A DNA stretch of 21,185 nucleotides from Candidatus Heimdallarchaeota archaeon (GTDB lineage Archaea > Asgardarchaeota > Heimdallarchaeia > JABLTI01): the NCBI GenBank assembly GCA_030614005.1, contig JAUWKS010000055.1, positions 1-21,185 of the forward strand. The letters are read 5' to 3'. This document shows positions 8,267 through 14,928 of this stretch, in pieces. Below the pieces are notes generated by a model, which was not told the origin of the DNA, did not search any database, and saw only the letters and a program-made list of their open reading frames with translations. The stretch's first letter is position 1, and every line of letters starts with the position of its first letter. The translations under genes were made by a program, and so were the position numbers.

Positions 8267-8280
8267 TTTAAAACCATTTC
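8267..8280 (-). promoter_or_regulatory. Putative BRE/TATA promoter for pgsA operon
   Basis: Minus strand GAAATGG-TTTTAAA; a second TATA-like ATTATATA lies closer to the start. Confidence 0.4.
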
Positions 8281-8357
8281 TAACCTTTCAGCAATAAAGA
8301 ATTCAGCAGAATAAAAGATGTGAAGAAACGATGTCCCCCAACACACTAACACACTTG

Positions 8358-8610
8358 TATCACCGATTAGAATAATTCTTCCTCAACCGTGGTCTCTCGA
8401 GGTGGGAGTAGTTAGTCATTTCTTCGGGGATGAAAGCAGCTCAATTGTGTGGGCGACTTGGGTTGACTTTTTCCTCATCGCAAAGCAATACGCATAAGCT
8501 AGGAAAAGAGCCGTTTAAAGTCGTCGATAGTCAATTTATGCTCTCGTGCGAGTCCAGTGTGCGCCTCCCCTTGCTTTGGTGGTCATTGCAAGAATATTCC
8601 AACTATCACC
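8358..8610 (+). repeat. 7-bp direct repeat TATCACC (8358-8364 and 8604-8610) flanking the structured element
   Basis: Both copies directly abut the imperfect terminal inverted repeats (GATTAGAATAATTCTT vs reverse complement GTTGGAATATTCTT), as a target-site duplication would. Confidence 0.6.
8365..8603. other. Structured non-coding element (candidate ncRNA or MITE): long imperfect inverted repeat
   Basis: ~46% GC by hand count (111/239), clearly higher than the flanking intergenic DNA. Six nested helices all centre on ~8488, plus a C(UUCG)G hairpin at 8417-8432. No credible ORF. Confidence 0.6.
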
Positions 8611-8731
8611 AACTCTCTAGAAGGCTTATCCTATCATCATGTACTTTATACAGATATTGAGAATAAAAAAGCTTGCTTAAAACAGAAAATGACAAGTCAA
8701 AGTGACTTGTACATTGCCAGATTTTTTTTAT

Positions 8732-9286
8732 TTATTGTAACGCTGAACCACAAGTCACACAGAATTTATCCTTAGCGGTTATCTTAGAACCGCAATATGG
8801 GCAGTATCCTTGATCTTGCATATTCTGCATAATTGGAGTAATCTCTATACCTTCAGGTTCACTAATCTTCTTGCTTGCATTTATTGGTGTGGGAGTTGTT
8901 GTTCCAATTGGAGGTTGTCCTTTTACTTCAAACACCACTACTTCACCGCTTTCAGGATCAAATGAAGCTTTTAGTTTTCCTTCTGCTCGTAAATCAACAA
9001 TCATCTCTTTTAGATCACGCTTTTTCATACGGAGTTCTTCACTTAGCTGATTCAGTTGTACTCTCTGGTAGGATTTTAACGCACCTAATACTTTCTCACG
9101 ATTATAGCGATAACTGAGAATATTAGAGATACCGGCAATTAATAGTATTCCACCTGGAATAAACATCCAGTAACTTCCAGGAGTATTTGGAAATCTTACT
9201 GCAATTATGCCCCAGATAATAAAACCGATGCCAAATGATAAGGTCCAGAGATTTCCGCGACCGAATGAACGTTCTATGTAACCCAT
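8732..9286 (-). CDS. Membrane protein with 2 TM helices, PCI-like winged helix and C-terminal zinc ribbon
   Basis: TM1 LWTLSFGIGFIIWGIIAV, TM2 WMFIPGGILLIAGISNIL; YQRVQLNQLSEELRM...MIVDLRAEGKLKASFDPESGEV (PCI pattern); CPYC...FCVTCG. Start ATG 9286 or GTG 9298. Confidence 0.78.
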   Translation of the reverse strand: MGYIERSFGRGNLWTLSFGIGFIIWGIIAVRFPNTPGSYWMFIPGGILLIAGISNILSYRYNREKVLGALKSYQRVQLNQLSEELRMKKRDLKEMIVDLRAEGKLKASFDPESGEVVVFEVKGQPPIGTTTPTPINASKKISEPEGIEITPIMQNMQDQGYCPYCGSKITAKDKFCVTCGSALQ

Positions 9287-9464
9287 TTTGTAAATCACAT
9301 CAAATAGTTGTAATAATTTCTTTCTAATACTAAATTGCTCATTAAGCTAAAAAAACCTTTACTATCAGAACTTGAAGAAAAGTTGTTTCAATAGTTAGTT
9401 TTATAAGCTAATAAGTAACACAAAAAAAACTGCTTTTAAACGAGAGTATGCTCTGGTTATTATC

Positions 9465-9479
9465 TTACTTTAAAAGTAA
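9465..9479. promoter_or_regulatory. Palindrome TTACTT-TAA-AAGTAA overlapping a TATA-like TTTAAAA in a divergent promoter region
   Basis: Perfect 6-bp arms; chance occurrence is plausible in AT-rich DNA. Confidence 0.3.
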
Positions 9480-9542
9480 AATCATCTGATTGACATTTAG
9501 GTTAAGAGAGAGCACAAATTAATACATTTGGTTGAAGAAACT

Positions 9543-9785
9543 ATGGCATTAGAACAATTCCAAAACTCGACTACAAAACAAAAAAATACTTCGATTATAA
9601 ATAATGAGGGTAACATTATACGTAAGAATCCCCGATATCAAGGACAATTATCATATTTGAGAGAGATCATTTTATCTGATTGCCCAGATATAGATGCAAA
9701 TTTATTATCTGAAAAACTTGATGTTACTTTCTTAACAGCACAAATTCTCTTAAGCGATTGCTATGAAAAAGAGATAAAGAAATAA
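9543..9785 (+). CDS. Small hypothetical protein, possible HTH in the C-terminal half
   Basis: ATG 9543 (or TTG 9528). PDIDANLLSEKLDVTFLTAQILL resembles an HTH. Fills a gap between minus-strand genes. Confidence 0.55.
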   Translation: MALEQFQNSTTKQKNTSIINNEGNIIRKNPRYQGQLSYLREIILSDCPDIDANLLSEKLDVTFLTAQILLSDCYEKEIKK

Positions 9786-9850
9786 AGAAAACGAATTTAC
9801 AAATTAGAAAAATGGTTACTGCTTGAGCATTTAACCAACAAAGCTTTTTT

Positions 9851-10150
9851 TTATAGTTCCTCTAAGATTTTCTTCATTTCTTCTGTTTTATCTTCAAGAA
9901 CCCAGTCATCAGGTATGAAGAATGCAGCGGAAGAAGTTATTCTTATAGCATCTTTTACATTGATATCCAATGTGCTCAGATCTATTTCTCCTGTCATTTC
10001 CGTTGGTTTGAAAATACCACAATCAGGACAGTACCAACCGGATTTAACGTCATCAGCACTTGGTGTTTCATCTTCCGTTAATTTAGCAACAACGAAATTC
10101 ATTGGGCGATCACATTCAGGGCAAAGAGGTTGTTCAGCCATATTTTTCAT
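9851..10150 (-). CDS. Small zinc-finger protein
   Basis: CPECDRPM...WYCPDC (two CxxC); AAGGA SD upstream of ATG 10150. Confidence 0.7.
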   Translation of the reverse strand: MKNMAEQPLCPECDRPMNFVVAKLTEDETPSADDVKSGWYCPDCGIFKPTEMTGEIDLSTLDINVKDAIRITSSAAFFIPDDWVLEDKTEEMKKILEEL

Positions 10151-10189
10151 ATCCTTTTAGTTTACAATCATTCCAGTTAGTTTTTCTCT

Positions 10190-11449
10190 TTAATCCAAAA
10201 CTGTCTTACACATACCAACGTATCCTTGTGCTTCAGTCATTGATTTCTGAATTAATGTAATTAAATTTTTATCCTTAACTTTTTCTGCTATTTTAATTGC
10301 TTTTTCAAAAGCGTTTTCACCTTGAGTAAACAAATCTAATGCTTCTTGATATTTTTCTGAGTCTAAATTGAAAATTCCTTGAGACTGATAAAAGTGTCCT
10401 AAGTAATATTCTTGCTGTGCTTCCCATCGGTTCAAAGTTGCTTTATCGTCTTCCTTATTTGGGAATGCTTGAATTGCTTGTTTCAAAAAATCTGCAGCTA
10501 ATTCAAATTGTCTTGTAGCTTTCTTTGCATCATTGAGATTTTTAAGAAATTCATTTGCATTTGCTTCATACATACTTGATTTCAGCATATAAGAGTAGGA
10601 TTCGAACAATTTAGCATTTTTTCCATCTATTGATAGTTTACTTGCTCGTCTATAAAATTTTGAAGCAAGATTGCATTTCTCACTACCTTCGGTAAACTCT
10701 CCATCATTGGAGTGTTTAAAAGCTTCTTTCCACAAAACCGAAGCTTTTTGCTCTACAATCATTCGTACAATGGTTTTCAAAATTTCATTTTGTTCTTTAA
10801 CCCAAACAGAATATGATGGATTGTAATAAGCAGCAATTACAAATGATTTGTAAGCTCCTAAATTCCTTTTTTTTGCTAGGTGTAAATTCTTATTATCAAA
10901 GGCTTGTTCTCCTTCTATTTTTAAGGATAAGCCTTTAGAGAAATTTTCCCGAGCTTTGGCATTATATTTCAGCAGTGGGTTATCATTCTGTTCAACTATT
11001 TTTCCTTCTAAAGTATATGAATTTAGTGCTTCCAATAATGCTTCAATTTGTTTTTCAGGTGGTGTTCCTTTTTTTAATGCAAGACATTCAGAATTTCTAC
11101 CTTTAGAGAAAAGGTCCATTCGTTCAGCTTCTTGTTGATATTCCAATGAGAAACCAGTACTCATTCTTTGGAATCGAGTAAGCATCTTTCCACCTTCCAC
11201 ATATTCAAGAGAAGCACCAGTATAATCTCCCTGGCGGTATTTCTTTTCTCCCTCAATTATTGAAAATACACCCTTATAGAGGTAGAGAGAAATTTTGGCT
11301 ACCTGATCGCCATCGTCATCTTTTTGTTTTAAAGATTTAATCTTCTCATCAATAGAAATGGAAACTTCTTGTAAATTTGTTCTAAATTCATCAAAGAAGA
11401 ACAATTTTTTCTCGGATAGTGAAGCAGCTGCACTCAAACTTCTATTCAC
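10190..11449 (-). CDS. All-helical TPR-like repeat protein
   Basis: Repeating helix pairs with A/G/Y patterning (e.g. GIFNLDSEKYQEALDLFTQGENAFEKAI). An AGGTGA SD overlaps the GTG, so the real start may be TTG 11437. Confidence 0.72.
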   Translation of the reverse strand: MNRSLSAAASLSEKKLFFFDEFRTNLQEVSISIDEKIKSLKQKDDDGDQVAKISLYLYKGVFSIIEGEKKYRQGDYTGASLEYVEGGKMLTRFQRMSTGFSLEYQQEAERMDLFSKGRNSECLALKKGTPPEKQIEALLEALNSYTLEGKIVEQNDNPLLKYNAKARENFSKGLSLKIEGEQAFDNKNLHLAKKRNLGAYKSFVIAAYYNPSYSVWVKEQNEILKTIVRMIVEQKASVLWKEAFKHSNDGEFTEGSEKCNLASKFYRRASKLSIDGKNAKLFESYSYMLKSSMYEANANEFLKNLNDAKKATRQFELAADFLKQAIQAFPNKEDDKATLNRWEAQQEYYLGHFYQSQGIFNLDSEKYQEALDLFTQGENAFEKAIKIAEKVKDKNLITLIQKSMTEAQGYVGMCKTVLD

Positions 11450-11596
11450 CTTTAATATAGATTATTTACAAAAATTACTTTAAGAAACCTTTGTTTGTGA
11501 CTTATTCAAAATTAACTATAAAAACTAAAAAATAATATTTGAAAATTAGTTTATCCATAATTTTGGACTGGAACTAATTTTCATAATCATTCGTTC

Positions 11597-12784
11597 TTAT
11601 TGATTTGGTATTGTAGTTACAACTCTACTATTACCTGTTAAGTAAACTGTGTGTTCAGATTGAGATACAAAAGATCCCTTAACATCACACAAAGCTGGAT
11701 ATCGCTTTATTTGACCCTTAATTGATAAATCTCTAATAGCAACTTTTGCTGTTGGAATAGAAATTTCATTTGCTATCCATCTTGTTGTAAATGGAAAGTC
11801 TTGATACTTAGCCAAAATCACTTTTCGAGCTTTACGAGAAGCATCTAAGCGTAAACCGATTTGGAATGGCACCAAGTGAAAGATGAAACATCTTCCTTCA
11901 TCAGGATGAATGCTTCCTGTTCCTGATGTGGCGAAAGTCTCTATGGCAAAAGCTTGTCCTTCTTCTAATTTGAACCCTTTTGTGCCACTAATATTTGGAA
12001 TAGTAATTGGTCCATGTAAAAGATGTTGATCTAACTGATGACCAGTTAGGTCACGTATCGGTCGAAAACCATAAGATCTAATTATTGACTCTATTTCTTC
12101 TCCAAGTCTATCGGTAAAAATACCTGGACGAATCATATCAATGGTTGCTTTTGTTGCTTCTTCAGAAGCTTTAATTAAATCTCCATGATCACTTCCAAAT
12201 GAGACTGTGAAAGCAGTATCTGCTACATAACCATCCATATGAACTCCACAATCAATCTTAACAATATCTCCTTTTTTTATGACAAGATCATCATTAGGTG
12301 GAGCAGAATAATGTGCAGCAATATTATTAATAGAAACGTTTAATGGAAAAGCCCATTTTCCACCTAATTCAACAATCTTAGCTTCTCCTGCTTCACATAA
12401 TTCTAAGACTGAAGCACCAACTTTCACTTTCTTTCTTAGCAATTCTTTCACTTTAATTGAAATTTCTCCTGCTTGGAGGTATTTCTCTAAAGGTCCTGCT
12501 TCTTCTGATTTTCCTACAGATTTCTTCTTCTTAACAACTTTTTTAGGTGCAACTTTCTTTGCAACAGTCTTTTTAGCAGTAGATTTTGATGCGGGCTTTA
12601 CTGCTGTTTTCTTACTAACGGTTTTTTTAGTTGCTAATTTCGTAGTTGATTTTTTTGCAGCAGGCTTTTTTCTAGTAGTGCTTTTCTTAGTTACCTTTGA
12701 GCTTGCAGTCGCTTTTTTAGCAGTTGCTTTTTTACTTGAAGTGGATTTCTTCTTTGGGGGTGGATTTTTACTATATTTGGACAT
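11597..12784 (-). CDS. map: Type II methionine aminopeptidase with Lys-rich N-terminal extension
   Basis: AAHYS, KIDCGVH, YVADTAF, TGH, AIETF and QSEHT metal-ligand motifs, plus the type II helical insertion (PFTTRW...YPAL). Confidence 0.95.
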   Translation of the reverse strand: MSKYSKNPPPKKKSTSSKKATAKKATASSKVTKKSTTRKKPAAKKSTTKLATKKTVSKKTAVKPASKSTAKKTVAKKVAPKKVVKKKKSVGKSEEAGPLEKYLQAGEISIKVKELLRKKVKVGASVLELCEAGEAKIVELGGKWAFPLNVSINNIAAHYSAPPNDDLVIKKGDIVKIDCGVHMDGYVADTAFTVSFGSDHGDLIKASEEATKATIDMIRPGIFTDRLGEEIESIIRSYGFRPIRDLTGHQLDQHLLHGPITIPNISGTKGFKLEEGQAFAIETFATSGTGSIHPDEGRCFIFHLVPFQIGLRLDASRKARKVILAKYQDFPFTTRWIANEISIPTAKVAIRDLSIKGQIKRYPALCDVKGSFVSQSEHTVYLTGNSRVVTTIPNQ

Positions 12785-12968
12785 CTTGTTTTCTCCTATC
12801 TATCTATCAAACAATGCTTATTCTCTTATTAATTCTTCCCGATAAAAGAAAAATTACATAAAACTTTTGGTACAAATGCATAAAAAAATTTCACTAAATT
12901 AACAATAGAAGTAGTTTTTGTCTTAAAAAAGAACTAAAAGCCAAACTCAAAATCATTATTGCAGATTG

Positions 12969-13002
12969 AAAAAATAAAAAAAGATAGGAACTTGGTTCCT
13001 AT
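12969..13002 (-). terminator. Hairpin plus U-tract terminator after the surface protein gene
   Basis: Minus strand ATAGGAAC-CAA-GTTCCTAT (perfect 8-bp stem, 13002-12984) followed by C and TTTTTTTTATTTTT, 2 nt after the stop codon. Confidence 0.65.
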
Positions 13003-13004
13003 TC

Positions 13005-14663
13005 TTATTTCTTGACTTTCTTAATAATAAAGACTGAAGCAGCTAATCCGAATAGACCGGCAATAATACCGAATGCTGGTATTGGTGCTACTGAAGCAGC
13101 TAAGAACCAGTAATAATCGGATGTAACTTTGTTGAGACTTGTATCCCAAGCTTGCACGAAGTATGTGTAATTGTTTACTACACCGATAGCATGATCAATT
13201 GTTATGTTTGCAATAAAAGTTGTGCTTCCTGGTGCGAATTGTACCATATCAATCTTTAGGTTTGTACCATCACCTACATATGAGAAAAGACAAGCAGTAA
13301 TATCGTCAACGACACAATAGTCGTCAGCGAGACCAATAGTTACAACAACGTAGTCTTCGTCTAGAGGAACGCCATCTGGATATCTATCAACCAAATCAAC
13401 GATACCCTCAATATTTGGAGCTTTGGTGTCATCAATCTCAATTGTTTGATTTAATTGGATTGGAGCTTCGTACTTAGGATAGAGAGTAACAAAGATTGTT
13501 TGCTCGCCTAAAGGCATATCCCATTCATCGAAGAAGAACAAGAAACTGTAGTTGCCGGTTGCTTCATTGACTCCAACATTAAAGTATTGACCTGCACCAT
13601 AAGTGTCATCCCATCCATCCATTTCAACAATTAAGTCGTAACCAACGAAATCGTCGAATACACCACCAGTTATTACGAGTGCTTCATTGACTGGATCACC
13701 AACAATTGTTGTGAAGGTTAACGCAGCAGCATCATTTGTCAAAGCGACATTTAATGCCATTGTACTAATAAGCATATCAAAAGTGTCATCTTGGTTAGCT
13801 GAACCAACATAGAAAATCAAATCGTCTGCAAAGTCAAGAATAAAGTCATCGGCATCGCCAGTGTCTAATAGTCTAATCATTTCTACAGTGTAATAATCCA
13901 TTAAGGTATTATTCCAATCAGAGGAAACAACGGTGTCTGTTTGACCACCTGCTGCTACGGTTGTAGAGTTTAACCAAGCATCATACATTGTACCATTAGC
14001 TAATGCAAATTCATCGCTGATTAAAGTGGATAAATCACTTTCATACAATGGTTTAGCATCAACGAAAGTATCAGTAGTTTTGTTTGTGTTCATTACGTAT
14101 GGATTGGTACCAGCATCTACATCACCAGTAGCATTGCATTCAAATGCGAAACCAGCATTGGTTCTTGGAGAAGTAGTCCAGATCATCATGTCTGAATCAT
14201 TATTTGCGTAAGGTCCAGTAGAGAAACCAATTTGGATAACATCATCTGCGCCATCAACAAATTGCCAATCAACGAGAGCGGCATTGATCATACCGGTTTT
14301 ATTCCATTGACCAACTGTAACATCCTCAGTTGAGTCTTTCCATTGTAAAGCGACATAAACATAAGTTGCGTCATAAACTAAAGAGACGTTTACTCCTCCG
14401 AAAACTTCGAAGGACAAACCTTCCCATTCAGCTAAGTCGCCGTCGGCTACAAGGGTGTAAGCGGTTGCATCTTCAGCTAGTATACCTTTGTCACCCATTG
14501 GGTCTCCCATTACATCAGGAGTGAACAATTCAGACTCGGTAGGAGCTGATGCAGATCCAGTTTGTGCTGGTAATGTTACTGTTCCAACAGCAAATAAGCT
14601 TGAGAACATAGCAAGTAACAGTACTGCAGCTAAAATTTTGCTTCTTTTCATTATTCGAATCAT
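13005..14663 (-). CDS. Secreted acidic surface glycoprotein with DOMON/EB_dh-like N-domain and PGF-CTERM-like sorting signal
   Basis: Signal peptide MKRSKILAAVLLLAMFSSLFA; DGDLAEW...YDATYVYVALQWKD...YTVEMIRLLDTG; 12 N-x-S/T sequons; C-terminus IPAF-GIIAGLFGLAASVFII-KKVKK. Confidence 0.85.
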   Translation of the reverse strand: MIRIMKRSKILAAVLLLAMFSSLFAVGTVTLPAQTGSASAPTESELFTPDVMGDPMGDKGILAEDATAYTLVADGDLAEWEGLSFEVFGGVNVSLVYDATYVYVALQWKDSTEDVTVGQWNKTGMINAALVDWQFVDGADDVIQIGFSTGPYANNDSDMMIWTTSPRTNAGFAFECNATGDVDAGTNPYVMNTNKTTDTFVDAKPLYESDLSTLISDEFALANGTMYDAWLNSTTVAAGGQTDTVVSSDWNNTLMDYYTVEMIRLLDTGDADDFILDFADDLIFYVGSANQDDTFDMLISTMALNVALTNDAAALTFTTIVGDPVNEALVITGGVFDDFVGYDLIVEMDGWDDTYGAGQYFNVGVNEATGNYSFLFFFDEWDMPLGEQTIFVTLYPKYEAPIQLNQTIEIDDTKAPNIEGIVDLVDRYPDGVPLDEDYVVVTIGLADDYCVVDDITACLFSYVGDGTNLKIDMVQFAPGSTTFIANITIDHAIGVVNNYTYFVQAWDTSLNKVTSDYYWFLAASVAPIPAFGIIAGLFGLAASVFIIKKVKK

Positions 14664-14745
14664 CTTCCTATAATATTATTAGGCCAAATCTAATATTCCT
14701 AAGCGTATTAGGAACATAGAGTTGTAGTTTTATTTATTATAGCGA

Positions 14746-14760
14746 AATATATACTTTTTG
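14746..14760 (-). promoter_or_regulatory. BRE/TATA promoter for the surface protein gene
   Basis: Minus strand CAAAAAG-TATATATT, implying a ~60-nt 5' UTR. Confidence 0.55.
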
Positions 14761-14788
14761 GATGCCTTAGAGAGTTGATTATACTTTA

Positions 14789-14883
14789 AGCAATTGTTTT
14801 ATCAAGTTAGCAATTGTCTTATTAAATATACTGTTTTGTCAAGGAAAGAAACTGTTCATGAACTGTTCAGAATAGAATGAACA
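14789..14883. repeat. Cluster of short direct and inverted repeats (operator-like)
   Basis: AGCAATTGT at 14789 and 14809; AACTGTTCA at 14850 and 14861; palindrome GTTCATGAAC 14854-14863; TGTTCA/TGAACA 14864-14883. Confidence 0.45.
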
Positions 14884-14928
14884 AATAATGAAGAATTTTT
14901 ATTTTAGCAATGGAAATTTAGACAATAA

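Noticed and set aside
8317-8640. Identification of the structured element as SRP RNA or RNase P RNA
   Set aside because: No helix-8 motif (CAGG..GGAA..AGCA) on either strand. For RNase P, fragments such as UGCAAG (8587-8592) and AGAAGGCUUAU (8619-8629) are suggestive, but there is no GAGGAAAGUC-like CR-I with a matching P4 partner. Left unassigned pending Infernal.
8600-8640. Box C/D sRNA or SECIS suggested by minus-strand AUGAUGA at 8640-8634
   Set aside because: No CUGA D box at guide distance; the following stem is only ~5 bp, too short for SECIS; the upstream gene ends in TAA with no in-frame TGA.
8430-8775. ORFs 8430-8660 and 8557-8775 (+)
   Set aside because: No SD, no recognisable motifs, and they overlap the structured element or the convergent gene; likely by-products of higher GC.
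14789-14883. CRISPR-like array or LexA (GAAC-N4-GTTC) box
   Set aside because: Repeats are only 9 bp with no 30-40-bp spacers, and GAAC/GTTC spacing is 1 nt rather than 4.
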